Counted from the stretch's first letter, positions 29,137-38,705 are shown. The stretch is 64,000 nucleotides of DNA from Marinobacter sp. (GCF_048266785.1 NZ_JBLWYX010000009.1:52325-116324); one strand, 5' to 3'. Notes: generated from the letters alone by a model not told the origin. Program-made: numbers and translations.

Positions 29137-29786
29137 TGTCAGGCTTCGATCTTTCCGGCCTTACGGCCTCATTCAGCGGCAAGCGGGTCATTGGCCCGCT
29201 GTCGCTGAACGTTAATCCGGGCGACAAGATTGCACTGGTTGGTAAAAGCGGTGCGGGTAAATCCACCCTTATACGGCTGATTCACGAACGGGTTGACCGG
29301 GATTCTTCCCTGATTCCTCAGGATCTGGGGTTGGTGAATGCCCTTTCCGTGTTTCATAACGTATTCATGGGGCAGTTGGACAAGCATTCAACCTGGTACA
29401 ACACCGTAACGCTTGCGCGCCCGTTCGCGAAAGACCGTGCCGAGGTACACACTCTGCTGCAGTCCCTCGGAATGACAGAAAAGCTATGGATTCCCACAGC
29501 CTCTCTTTCTGGCGGGCAACGCCAGCGTGTCGCCATTGCACGGGCCCTCTATCGGAACGCGCCGGTACTGCTTGCCGATGAGCCGGTTTCAGCTCTTGAT
29601 GGCCCCATGGCTAACTCGGTTATGACGGATCTTCGGGATCGCTTTTCAACCAGCATTATTGCTCTGCACGATGTGGACCTGGCGCTGAGTTATTGCACCA
29701 GAATCGTTGGCATACAGGACGGTCAGATTGCTCTGGATCAGCCCAGTGAAAATCTTGCAGCCTCAGACATTATGTCTCTTTACTAG
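29136..29786 (+). CDS. ABC ATP-binding protein (PhnC-like)
   Basis: GKSGAGKST, LSGGQRQRVAIARAL, LLADEP; TAATG overlap with the SBP gene. Confidence 0.9.
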   Translation: MSGFDLSGLTASFSGKRVIGPLSLNVNPGDKIALVGKSGAGKSTLIRLIHERVDRDSSLIPQDLGLVNALSVFHNVFMGQLDKHSTWYNTVTLARPFAKDRAEVHTLLQSLGMTEKLWIPTASLSGGQRQRVAIARALYRNAPVLLADEPVSALDGPMANSVMTDLRDRFSTSIIALHDVDLALSYCTRIVGIQDGQIALDQPSENLAASDIMSLY

Positions 29787-29803
29787 GTAACACGGCCCGT
29801 TTC

Positions 29804-31270
29804 ATGTTCTCTTCCCCAACGGTTCGTACCAGCCTTGTTTTCCTCGCCATTGCTTTGGTGGGTTTACTGTTCGCGGATATTGCCATTACCGCATCAAACC
29901 CATGGCGGGATCTGGGTAACTTTTTCCTTGGCATCGTAACACCCAACTTTTTCAGCACTGAAGGCCTGATGACCGCGCTGTTGAGAACAGTAGCGTTCGC
30001 CTTTGTGGGGGTTGCTCTTGGCAGCATCTGCGGGTTCCTGCTGGCGCTGGTTTATAAATCGTTACCCGTGCGAATTTTCTCCGCTTTTATTCGCGCCATT
30101 CACGAGCTCTTCTGGGCTCTGATCTTCCTGCAGTTTTTCGGATTTCATCCGCTGACAGGCGTGCTGGCCATCGCCATTCCTTACGCAGGCATCTTTGCCA
30201 AGGTTTATTCCGAGATTCTGGAAGAAGCCGATCCGGAACCGGGCCGTGTCCTGCCGCCTGGCACGGGGAATATCACGGCGTTTCTCTACACGCGTATCCC
30301 GGATTGTTGGGTGAAAATGCGCACCTATACGTCCTACAGGCTGGAGTGTGGCCTGCGTTCAAGTGCGATACTTGGTTTCGTTGGTCTGCCAACACTCGGT
30401 TTCTACCTCGAGGCGTCGTTTTCTCAAGGTCTGTATTCCGACGCCGGTGCCATGCTGATTCTGTTTTATGTGTTGATCGCCACCATGCCATTCTGGGTGC
30501 GGCCAAAGCTTCTGCCGGTGTACGTATTGGGAGCCCCCTTCTTTCTGGGCGAGGGCCTTCCGATTGTGTGGGGCAACGTAGAGCGCTTTTTCACCGAAGA
30601 CATTGTGCCCGCGCCGCTGCGGAACGGTGAAGGTCTGACGGGGCTTATGCCCTGGCTGAATGATCTGATGATCAACGAGGCCATGCCGGGAATCTGGAAC
30701 ACCATTGTGCTCACCCAGATTGCACTCGTGGCTACGGGGGTTCTCTCGTTGTTGGCGTTCCCTCTGATCTCCAACCACTTTGGTGGCCCTATGCGGCGCA
30801 ACGCAGGGCACGTCGCTCTGGTGATTGCCCGGTCTACGCCTGAATACATCTTGGCGTACATCCTGCTGCAGCTCTGGGGGCCATCAATGCTGCCTGCGGT
30901 TGTTGCACTGGCGCTGCATAATGGTGGGATTATCGGCCACCTGATTGGCCGACAAACCAATTCCATCAAGCTCCGGGCCGATGCAGCAACCGGGTTTAAC
31001 CGGTATAGCTGGGAGTTGGTGCCTCGTGTTTACCGCTCGTTTCTGGCGTTTCTGTTCTACCGCTGGGAAATCATCATGCGGGAAACAGCCATTCTGGGGA
31101 TTCTGGGCATCTACACGCTGGGGTTCTATGTCGACAGCGCCATACAGAACATCCGGTTTGATCGCGCCATGGTGTTGATCCTGGTAACCGCCCTGCTCAA
31201 CATTGGCGTCGATACGCTTGGTCGCTACATCCGTCGCAAGCTCGCTCTGCAAACCATGCCAACCTGCTGA
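29804..31270 (+). CDS. ABC permease, duplicated PhnE/PtxC-type domains
   Basis: RAIHELFWAL..YRLECGLRSSAILGFVG and RSTPEY..YRWEIIMRETAILGILG repeats. Confidence 0.88.
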   Translation: MFSSPTVRTSLVFLAIALVGLLFADIAITASNPWRDLGNFFLGIVTPNFFSTEGLMTALLRTVAFAFVGVALGSICGFLLALVYKSLPVRIFSAFIRAIHELFWALIFLQFFGFHPLTGVLAIAIPYAGIFAKVYSEILEEADPEPGRVLPPGTGNITAFLYTRIPDCWVKMRTYTSYRLECGLRSSAILGFVGLPTLGFYLEASFSQGLYSDAGAMLILFYVLIATMPFWVRPKLLPVYVLGAPFFLGEGLPIVWGNVERFFTEDIVPAPLRNGEGLTGLMPWLNDLMINEAMPGIWNTIVLTQIALVATGVLSLLAFPLISNHFGGPMRRNAGHVALVIARSTPEYILAYILLQLWGPSMLPAVVALALHNGGIIGHLIGRQTNSIKLRADAATGFNRYSWELVPRVYRSFLAFLFYRWEIIMRETAILGILGIYTLGFYVDSAIQNIRFDRAMVLILVTALLNIGVDTLGRYIRRKLALQTMPTC

Positions 31271-31294
31271 AACCCGTTCCCGGTGGCCTTGGTT

Positions 31295-32725
31295 TTAAAG
31301 AACCGGGCCGATGGTTGCGATAACGTTGTGCCATATTCTTTCGTGGTAGTGCCAGGCAAGAACCGTTGGCAAGGTGACCACTTCAGAGCGGCTGAGGTAA
31401 GTCTGCTGCCGTTCTTCAATTGCCAGGGTCGTGGCCTCGTCCTGCAGAAGGATGTTGTTTTCATAATTCAGATCAAAGCTGCGCAAATCGAGATTTGAAG
31501 ACCCGATCAGACTGATCTTTCCATCGATCGTGAGGGTTTTGGCATGAAGGAGTCCGCCCTTGAACTCATGGATGATGCAGCCTGCATCAAGTAGTCGGTG
31601 GTAATAACTGCGGCTGGCAGCGGCGACAATCAAGCTGTCATTTACCTTGGGAAATATCAACGAAACCGACACGCCCCGGTAGGCGGTTGCGCACAGTGCT
31701 TCCAGAACCGTTGCATCAGGCACGAAGTATGGTGTGGTTAGTGTCAGTCTGTCCTGGGCACAGGCGATCAGGTTGGCAAAGAGCTGTGGTGTGGCTCCGT
31801 GACGCTCGGTTGGCCCAACACCCATAACCTGTGCCGGGAATCCTCCATCGGTGGGCCCGCGAGATAACGCAATGCCATCCAGGGATTCATTGGTTGCCTG
31901 CATCCAGTCACTGGCAAACAGCAACTGGTTCTGAACCACCACCGGCCCCGTAAAGCGGAGCATGATGTCTACCCAGGGTGCGTATTTCGCTTTAACCAGA
32001 AATTCCGGATCAGCAGAATTTCGGCTGCCGCAATAGGTGACGCGTGAATCAATCACCGTGATCTTGCGGTGGTTACGAAGATCCAGCCGGCTGGTCAGAA
32101 TGGTGCGGATCGGGTGCTTCAGCGATAGAGCTACAGCAAGATGAACGCCTGCCTCTCTCATGCGCTGCCAGAGCGCGGAGTTAATCATCGCACGTGACCC
32201 CAGCCCATCCGCCATAGCGCGGCATGTAATGCCTCTGTGGGCTGCGCGGATCAGTGCTTCGGCGATGGCATGGCCGGTATTGTCATCAATCCATATGTAA
32301 TACAGCACGTGCACATGATCAATGGCGGCATCAATGTCGGCAACCATCCGGGTAAGGGTTTCGTTGCCGTCAGCCATCAATTCGGCGGCATTTCCCATGG
32401 ATGGATGAAAGCCATTAATCGAACCCGCATACCGGAATGCCGAGAGGTAAACCGGGTCGATCAGTTTCCCTGTGCTGGTCGCCTCGCCCATAAACCAGGA
32501 GGCTTTGGCTCTTATTTCTTCGAAGATTTCTTTGTGTCGCTTATCCGCACGGTTGCCAAGGTCTGTTTCGCCAAAGAGGAAATACATTGCACTACCGAAA
32601 TAGGGCAAAAGGTTAAGTATGACGAACCAAGCCAGTCTTCCCGGAGGCGAAAGGTCATCGCGCAGAAGAATCCGGATCGTGAATAAAAGGACCAGAAGTG
32701 TGTGGAGTAAAAGAATAACGCCCAT
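31295..32725 (-). CDS. cls: Cardiolipin synthase
   Basis: Two N-terminal TM; two HKD motifs (NHRKITVID, LHAKTLTID); probable start ATG 32725 after AAGGAAG. Confidence 0.93.
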   Translation of the reverse strand: MGVILLLHTLLVLLFTIRILLRDDLSPPGRLAWFVILNLLPYFGSAMYFLFGETDLGNRADKRHKEIFEEIRAKASWFMGEATSTGKLIDPVYLSAFRYAGSINGFHPSMGNAAELMADGNETLTRMVADIDAAIDHVHVLYYIWIDDNTGHAIAEALIRAAHRGITCRAMADGLGSRAMINSALWQRMREAGVHLAVALSLKHPIRTILTSRLDLRNHRKITVIDSRVTYCGSRNSADPEFLVKAKYAPWVDIMLRFTGPVVVQNQLLFASDWMQATNESLDGIALSRGPTDGGFPAQVMGVGPTERHGATPQLFANLIACAQDRLTLTTPYFVPDATVLEALCATAYRGVSVSLIFPKVNDSLIVAAASRSYYHRLLDAGCIIHEFKGGLLHAKTLTIDGKISLIGSSNLDLRSFDLNYENNILLQDEATTLAIEERQQTYLSRSEVVTLPTVLAWHYHERIWHNVIATIGPVL

Positions 32726-32760
32726 CAAGCTTCCTTTGAGGATACAAAACCCGAACAACT

Positions 32761-32820
32761 ATCAGACGTGCTATCCAGAATGCTCTCGAGGGTGCTATTG
32801 AGAGTACTATTGAGAGTGCT
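32761..32820. repeat. Five degenerate tandem 12-bp repeats upstream of cls
   Basis: ATCAGACGTGCT, ATCCAGAATGCT, CTCGAGGGTGCT, ATTGAGAGTACT, ATTGAGAGTGCT. Confidence 0.75.
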
Positions 32821-32824
32821 CTCA

Positions 32825-33130
32825 TCAATCTTCGCGACTTTGCTCCAGCACCCAATCAGTTCCAAGTTCAATCGCCTCTGCTCCATCCGGCGTGTCTGCA
32901 GAAACTCCAGCGACCCTCGGGCGTGTGAACCCGCCCTCTTCTGTGGTTGCCATGGACTCCACATCAACAGACAGAACCAGATATGTAATGCCGCCTGAAA
33001 TAACTCTGGCCCGGTGAGTAAGGCCAAAAACAAACCGGCAGTAGTCCAGCTTTAATTGAAGAAGATCCTGTTCCGCTTTTCGGATTTTTCGCAAAAGCAC
33101 TTTTTGTACACTTTCCCCGTAATCCATCAC
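32825..33130 (-). CDS. Hypothetical protein (101 aa)
   Basis: ORF with protein-like composition and an N-terminal coiled coil, filling an intergenic gap. Confidence 0.6.
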   Translation of the reverse strand: MMDYGESVQKVLLRKIRKAEQDLLQLKLDYCRFVFGLTHRARVISGGITYLVLSVDVESMATTEEGGFTRPRVAGVSADTPDGAEAIELGTDWVLEQSRED

Positions 33131-33185
33131 GATTTCTCTGAAGTTGGCTTCAAGTCCGGCAGGATTCTACACCTTCCCGCCAGCT

Positions 33186-33650
33186 TTAGTGATCCCTTGC
33201 CTGGAAGATAAGCTTCAGTGGGACCGTTTCTGAAAGTGGCTGTTGGCCTCGTTGAAAGTCCATGCGCCAGACCATCTCGGAGCCAGTTGTACAAAGCGGA
33301 GCAGCAAAATGCGCGGAATACCGGCCATCATCTTCCCGTCGAAGTGGTACCGGATACTCCCCCATATACATGGACTCACCGCGCAATACCGCCAGAAACC
33401 GCTCCGGTGTTTTAGGTGCGTGAACGCTTAGCAGGTATTCTGTGCCCTTCTCCCCGTTGACCATAACGTCCAGATCCACTTTCCAGAGCCCGGTTTCCGT
33501 TTGCCACTCACAGGGTCCTGCCAGAAGATCACAAACGGGATAGTCATTACCAGGCGCGTCGGAATCTGCGGTTTGCAGCCATTGTGAGCCCAAAAAAACC
33601 ACTGAAATCACCCCCACAATGATACCTGCAACCACTATTGCTCGTAACAT
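33186..33650 (-). CDS. Membrane-anchored periplasmic hypothetical protein
   Basis: N-terminal TM; CDLLAGPC, GESMYMG, PLCTT; probable start ATG 33650 (ORF track 33701). Confidence 0.7.
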   Translation of the reverse strand: MLRAIVVAGIIVGVISVVFLGSQWLQTADSDAPGNDYPVCDLLAGPCEWQTETGLWKVDLDVMVNGEKGTEYLLSVHAPKTPERFLAVLRGESMYMGEYPVPLRREDDGRYSAHFAAPLCTTGSEMVWRMDFQRGQQPLSETVPLKLIFQARDH

Positions 33651-33783
33651 ACCCACACCCAGTTGAAACCGATGAGGCATTATGGACACTATCGGCCTCA
33701 AGGCAAAATTTCTAAACCGGCGCCAGACATGAGAAAATGCTGCGCTTTCATATCCGACCCACTTTCAGGAACAGGATACACCC

Positions 33784-34716
33784 GTGCAACCGGATATTTC
33801 TGTCAAGAACCTCAACAAGGTTTACGAGGGCGGCTTCCAGGCCCTCAAAAATATCAACCTGGAAATAAACCGGGGCGAGATTTTTGCCCTGCTTGGCCCA
33901 AACGGGGCGGGCAAAACCACGATGATCAGTATCATTTGCGGCATCACCAACCTGTCTTCCGGTGAAGTCAGAGCGGCTGGCCACGATATCGTAAAAGATT
34001 ACCGCAAAGCCCGCGAAACCATTGGCTTGGTGCCGCAGGAACTCAATACCGATTCGTTCGAAACCGTCTGGAACGCCGTATCTTTCAGCCGCGGCCTGTT
34101 CGGTAAGGCACCCAATCCCGCACACATTGAAAAGGTGCTCAGGGATCTGTCTCTGTGGGACAAACGCAATAATCGCATCATGACCCTTTCGGGCGGTATG
34201 AAACGCCGACTGATGATCGCCAAGGCGCTCTCTCACGAACCCCGGATACTGTTCCTGGACGAGCCCACCGCGGGCGTCGACGTAGAGCTGCGCCGGGATA
34301 TGTGGGAGATGGTCCGTAAGCTACGGGAAGACGGCGTAACCATCATTCTTACAACCCATTACATCGAAGAAGCCGAAGAAATGGCGGATCGTATCGGGGT
34401 TATTCGCCAGGGCGAGATCATTCTGGTGGAAGATAAAGATCGGCTGATGAGCAAACTGGGCAAGAAAGAGCTTCGCCTGCAGCTGCAAAACAAACTCGAC
34501 AAAGTGCCCGGAGAGCTCATCCTGGAGCCCGTGGAACTTTCCGAAGATGGCTACGAGCTGATCTACACGTTCGATTCCCAGCAGGAACAGGCCGGCGTGG
34601 CCCGTTTGCTGCGCACCCTCGGGGATATTGGTATTGAATACCGTGATCTGCGCACCCGGGAGAGTTCCCTGGAAGAGATTTTTGTCGGCCTGGTGCATGA
34701 ACAAGCCGCGGGCTAA
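33784..34716 (+). CDS. ABC-2 type transporter ATP-binding protein (YadG-like)
   Basis: [26 protein letters not shown]. Confidence 0.92.
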   Translation: MQPDISVKNLNKVYEGGFQALKNINLEINRGEIFALLGPNGAGKTTMISIICGITNLSSGEVRAAGHDIVKDYRKARETIGLVPQELNTDSFETVWNAVSFSRGLFGKAPNPAHIEKVLRDLSLWDKRNNRIMTLSGGMKRRLMIAKALSHEPRILFLDEPTAGVDVELRRDMWEMVRKLREDGVTIILTTHYIEEAEEMADRIGVIRQGEIILVEDKDRLMSKLGKKELRLQLQNKLDKVPGELILEPVELSEDGYELIYTFDSQQEQAGVARLLRTLGDIGIEYRDLRTRESSLEEIFVGLVHEQAAG

Positions 34717-34728
34717 CTGGAGAAACGC

Positions 34729-35490
34729 ATGAATTTTTACGGTGTAAAAGCCATCTACAATTTTGAAATGTCGCGCATGCGCCGCACTCTTATGCAAAGC
34801 GTGCTCTCGCCCGTTATCTCTACTTGCCTGTATTTTGTTGTCTTCGGATCGGCCATTGGCTCGCGCATGGGCAATATCGATAGCATCGAATACGCCGCGT
34901 ACATCATTCCCGGGCTGGTTATGCTTTCCCTGTTGATGCAAAGCATCTCCAACGCTTCATTTGGCATCTATATGCCGAAATTCTCCGGCACGATTTACGA
35001 AGTTTTGTCTGCTCCTGTGTCATACGTTGAGGTGGTGCTGGGCTATGTGGGCGCTGCGGCCACCAAGTCGGTGATACTGGGGCTAATCATCCTGGCCACT
35101 GCAAGACTGTTTGTGGATTACAGCGTTCTGCACCCGTTCTGGATGCTGTCCTTCCTGATACTGACCGCTGTAACCTTCAGCATGTTCGGGTTCATCATCG
35201 GAATATGGGCCGACGGCTTCGAAAAGCTTCAGATTGTGCCCATGATGATTGTGACCCCACTGACTTTTCTCGGCGGTACTTTCTATTCCATCGATATGCT
35301 CCCGGAAATCTGGCAAACCATCAGCCTTTTCAACCCGGTGGTGTACCTGATCAGTGGATTTCGCTGGGCATTTTATGGCGTTTCGGATGTGCATGTGGGA
35401 ATTAGCGTGGGTATGACCCTGCTGTTTCTACTCGCTTGCATGAGCGGTATCTGGTGGATATTCAAAACCGGCTACAGGCTGCGTACCTGA
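34729..35490 (+). CDS. ABC-2 type permease (YadH-like)
   Basis: [37 protein letters not shown]. Confidence 0.92.
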   Translation: MNFYGVKAIYNFEMSRMRRTLMQSVLSPVISTCLYFVVFGSAIGSRMGNIDSIEYAAYIIPGLVMLSLLMQSISNASFGIYMPKFSGTIYEVLSAPVSYVEVVLGYVGAAATKSVILGLIILATARLFVDYSVLHPFWMLSFLILTAVTFSMFGFIIGIWADGFEKLQIVPMMIVTPLTFLGGTFYSIDMLPEIWQTISLFNPVVYLISGFRWAFYGVSDVHVGISVGMTLLFLLACMSGIWWIFKTGYRLRT

Positions 35491-35987
35491 TGCGAGCCAG
35501 CTGCGCCCTACTCTGTCTTTCAGCCATGCTGGCAGGATGTTCTGCTGGCACTGGGGCCGAAGAGCCGGCAGCCGGATTGCCGATTGTCGCAGGGTGCTTC
35601 GTGACCGGATCCAGCGCAGTCAATGTCAGCCTTGAGCTCGCAAAGGCTCCGAAGGAAAGACAGAAAGGGTTGATGGGCAGAGAATTCCTCGCGGCCAATT
35701 CAGGCATGCTGTTTCAGTACCAGGAGCAGCAACGTCCGGATCATGGCTTCTGGATGTACCAGACACTCATCCCGCTTGATATTGCTTACCTGGATGAGAA
35801 CGGTGTAATCGGCAACATTCGCCAGATGAAGCCGTGTACATCATCCAATGGCGCCAGGTGCCCGAGCTATCCTGCGGGTGTTGAGTTTGTCTCTGCCGTG
35901 GAGATGAATGCCGGTTTTTTCGAGATGCACGGAATTGCTTCCGGAGACCGCCTCGATCCAGGGCAACAGAACTGTAAAGCCCGTTAG
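35490..35987 (+). CDS. DUF192 family lipoprotein
   Basis: LAGC lipobox; RQKGLMGR, GMLF, FWMYQTLIPLDIAY, AVEMNAG; probable start ATG 35490. Confidence 0.85.
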   Translation: MRASCALLCLSAMLAGCSAGTGAEEPAAGLPIVAGCFVTGSSAVNVSLELAKAPKERQKGLMGREFLAANSGMLFQYQEQQRPDHGFWMYQTLIPLDIAYLDENGVIGNIRQMKPCTSSNGARCPSYPAGVEFVSAVEMNAGFFEMHGIASGDRLDPGQQNCKAR

Positions 35988-36766
35988 CTGTCCTTCCATT
36001 CCGGTTGGCGCTTATCCAGAAACGCACAGATACCCTCCCGCGCATCGTCTGCTCGCAGGTTTTCTGCCATCACTTTGGCCGTGTATTCATAAGCGCCCGC
36101 CAGTGGCATCTCCAACTGCTTATAGAACGCGCCCTTACCGATCTTCAGCGTATGCCCGGATTTCTCAGCAATCGTGCGAGCCATTGTATAGACCGTTTCG
36201 TCCAGCAACGACTCATCAACGACCCTGTTTACCAAGCCAAGCTGCTCCGCACGAGCGGCGCTGATCATCTCACCGGTGAGCAACATTTCCATCGCATGCT
36301 TGCGAGACACATTACGGGACAGCGCTACCATAGGGGTTGAGCAAAACAGCCCGATATTTACGCCCGGCGTCGCGAAACGCGAAGAATCTGTTGCCACCGC
36401 AAGATCGCAGCTTGCCACCAACTGACACCCAGCCGCAGTTGCGACACCGGCTACCCTGGCAATCACCGGCTTTGGCAGATTCACAATCTGCTGCATTACC
36501 TCACTGCACCGGTTAAACAGTGCCAGTTGAAACTCATGGCTATCCAACTGATCACGGATCTCTTTGAGGTCGTGCCCCGCACAAAACACCTTGCCCGCTG
36601 CAGCAAGAACCACAACCCTCGTGGCGTCGTCCGTTACAATATCCGCCAGCGCCTCAGACAACGCATCAAGCATGGCCATGGAAAGACTGTTGCGCCGGTC
36701 GGGCTGATTCAGTGTGAGCGTGGTAATGCCGTTCTCGTCGGTATTTCGTGTTAGCAGGTCTGTCAT
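35984..36766 (-). CDS. Enoyl-CoA hydratase/isomerase family protein
   Basis: FCAGHDL, ATAAGCQLVASCDL, FATPGVNIGLFC. Confidence 0.92.
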   Translation of the reverse strand: MTDLLTRNTDENGITTLTLNQPDRRNSLSMAMLDALSEALADIVTDDATRVVVLAAAGKVFCAGHDLKEIRDQLDSHEFQLALFNRCSEVMQQIVNLPKPVIARVAGVATAAGCQLVASCDLAVATDSSRFATPGVNIGLFCSTPMVALSRNVSRKHAMEMLLTGEMISAARAEQLGLVNRVVDESLLDETVYTMARTIAEKSGHTLKIGKGAFYKQLEMPLAGAYEYTAKVMAENLRADDAREGICAFLDKRQPEWKDS

Positions 36767-36942
36767 GTTTAACTACCTCGTATCGCCGGAACTCGTGGGC
36801 GTCTGATAGCAATCAGTATCAGGCAGAACGCTTCGGTTGTCGAAGCGACTTTTGTAGAGAGGACAGAGTGACGGGTTGTTATACCCGGGCTGTGACCGTA
36901 GGCTCTGTACCAGAACCGACGAACTCAGAAGCAGGAGGAGCC

Positions 36943-37086
36943 ATGTTCAACTCCAATATATTAAAAGCCATCGTTGCTATCGCAATCATCGCAGGTGGGA
37001 TTTACGTGATCATGATCGATGAGCCTGCGGTACCGACTGGCGATATCAACAGAATTGAGCCGCGTCCAGCCCAGGATAGTCGTTGA
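36943..37086 (+). CDS. Small single-TM hypothetical protein (47 aa)
   Basis: Strong RBS GGAGGAG before ATG 36943; MFNSNILKAIVAIAIIAGGIYVIMIDEP... Confidence 0.6.
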   Translation: MFNSNILKAIVAIAIIAGGIYVIMIDEPAVPTGDINRIEPRPAQDSR

Positions 37087-37149
37087 GGAAGAAGGGCTGT
37101 GGCTGTGCTTGCTGCACGTTGAATGCGTTACAGCAGGCACAGGTGACTA

Positions 37150-37272
37150 TTATCTTGTACCTTTGAACATCCACGCAGGATTATCGCTACCACAGCCGCC
37201 ACACGCGCCGAGCGTGAGCGCAGAGAAGACAGTGAGAATTCCGATAGTGGCTTTCTTGATTTCCGTCAACAT
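37150..37272 (-). CDS. Small lipoprotein (40 aa), below the ORF-track cutoff
   Basis: Hand-translated MLTEIKKATIGILTVFSALTLGACGGCGSDNPAWMFKGTR*; RBS AAGAGG; LGAC lipobox. Confidence 0.5.
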   Translation of the reverse strand: MLTEIKKATIGILTVFSALTLGACGGCGSDNPAWMFKGTR

Positions 37273-37562
37273 TCGAATACCTCTTGGTAAAAGTCCTTTT
37301 TCAGCTTAGGTCATACCGTTGTAATCGCAATGACCAAGAAATCTGCCAATATTTCTGATTATTAGCCAGCGCCTTATGCTTTAGGTATACGTAATTGAAT
37401 TTAATTAGGTTTTTTGATTAAAAACTGAGACCGCATAGAAATTCTACCCAAGAAACGAGGATTCAGAGCCTATTCAAAAGCGGGGAGCAGGGCATTGGTT
37501 GATGACCTGTGTGTCAGGAAAGGCAGGATCGTCCGCCTGGAGGTATAACTTACTGACATATA

Positions 37563-37649
37563 TGGTGCTCCGGGCCGGAATCGAACCGGCACGACCGTGA
37601 GGTCGAGAGATTTTAAGTCTCTTGTGTCTACCAATTCCACCACCGGAGC
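37563..37649 (-). tRNA. tRNA-Leu (anticodon TAA)
   Basis: GCTCCGGTGGTGGAATTGGTAGACAC-AAGAGACTTAAAATCTCT-long variable arm-GGTTCGATTCC-GGAGCACCA; 87 nt with encoded CCA. Confidence 0.97.
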
Positions 37650-37674
37650 ATTCGGGGAGGTTTTGTGGGCCGGA

Positions 37675-37703
37675 ATTGTATAAGGCCATGGGCGATAACG
37701 CAA
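37675..37703 (-). promoter_or_regulatory. Sigma70 promoter of tRNA-Leu
   Basis: Minus strand TTGCGT-N17-TACAAT followed by a GC-rich discriminator. Confidence 0.75.
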
Positions 37704-37706
37704 TTC

Positions 37707-37741
37707 AAAACACCGTCAACTGGCGGTGCTGACGGCGTTTT
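37707..37741 (-). terminator. Intrinsic terminator after tsdA
   Basis: AAAACGCCGTCA-loop-TGACGGTGTTTT on the minus strand. Confidence 0.65.
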
Positions 37742-37745
37742 GGGT

Positions 37746-38705
37746 TTATTTGCTGGCAACTCCGGGGTTTTCGCCGTAGTTGTCGTGATCCCCCAATCGT
37801 TTGCCTTCTACTTCCTTGCCATAGAAGCCATCGTGGTTATGAAAGGTGTTGGCGGTGCTGTCCAGTGAGTCCTGATTGCGGCGGCGTGGGTCCTGAGGGC
37901 GCTCATGGCTGTTGACGAAGGCGGCCAGGTCCCAAGCATCCTGATTACTCAGGGAGTCGGGCTTGCCCAATGGCATATTGGCTTTGATAAATCCGGCAGC
38001 GGTATTTACGCGGTGCATACCTGCTCCCCAGTTGTAAGCTCCATCACCCCATAGAGGCGGGAAGACCACCTGCCCTGCCACCTCTTGGCCGCGGCCATCA
38101 TCACCATGGCACACAGCACATTGCTCGGTGTAGAGCTTGGCGCCGTGCTCCCGGTCATAACCGCCTTCCGGCTTTTCAAGTTTGGTGTAACCACGGCCAG
38201 GCAGGGCCTGGTTGATGGGCGCGCCCGTTGATAGCCAGTGGAAATAGGTTTCCATCGCCACCACGGTTTCATCACCGGCTTCTGGGGGAATGCCGTTCAT
38301 GGAGTAGGTAAAGCAACCCTGGAGGCGTTCACTCAGGGTATTGACCTTGTCATTTTTACCTCGGTACGCGGGATACATGCCAAAAGCTGCCCACATGGGG
38401 GCGGAGCTGGCTATACGGCCGGCGTCCAGGTGGCAGTTGACGCAGTTCTGGCCGTTAAACACGTTTTTGCCACGCAACTGCTGTGTATTTACGAACAGGT
38501 CTCGCCCCTTGCGTACCATGTCGCCGTACTGGTTGTCAGGTATATCCCGCTCTTGTGGCGGTTCAAAGGTGATCTGGCCTTCAGGTGCTGCAGGCAGCTG
38601 TTTCTGGTAGTCCACTTCAGGTTCTGCGGCGTGAACCAGTGTTGATACCATCAACACCGACAAGGAGCTCGCTGCAACCGACAAAAATGATTTGCACAAG
38701 TTCAT
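37746..38705 (-). CDS. tsdA: Thiosulfate dehydrogenase, diheme cytochrome c
   Basis: Signal peptide; CVNCH and CAVCH; heme-ligating Cys motif RLQGCFTYSMNG; PPLWG..NWGAGM. Confidence 0.88.
   Translation of the reverse strand: MNLCKSFLSVAASSLSVLMVSTLVHAAEPEVDYQKQLPAAPEGQITFEPPQERDIPDNQYGDMVRKGRDLFVNTQQLRGKNVFNGQNCVNCHLDAGRIASSAPMWAAFGMYPAYRGKNDKVNTLSERLQGCFTYSMNGIPPEAGDETVVAMETYFHWLSTGAPINQALPGRGYTKLEKPEGGYDREHGAKLYTEQCAVCHGDDGRGQEVAGQVVFPPLWGDGAYNWGAGMHRVNTAAGFIKANMPLGKPDSLSNQDAWDLAAFVNSHERPQDPRRRNQDSLDSTANTFHNHDGFYGKEVEGKRLGDHDNYGENPGVASK

Noticed and set aside
28261-31270. Phosphonate utilisation (phnCDE) or phosphite (ptx) operon
   Set aside because: No C-P lyase, phnX or ptxD nearby; the selD/senB context is a better explanation. 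Not excluded without binding data.
32761-32820. Repeat array as a CRISPR
   Set aside because: Units are 12 bp, contiguous, with no spacers and no cas genes.
32725-33033. 102-aa ORF containing the STLN repeats
   Set aside because: It overlaps the better-supported 32825-33130 ORF in another frame and abuts the cls start; no convincing RBS seen.
37470-37703. ORFs 37470-37703 and 37474-37689
   Set aside because: They overlap the tRNA-Leu gene and its promoter; spurious.
37280-37750. Prophage or genomic island inserted at tRNA-Leu
   Set aside because: No integrase, phage gene or att duplication seen; kept only as a weak relic-site finding.
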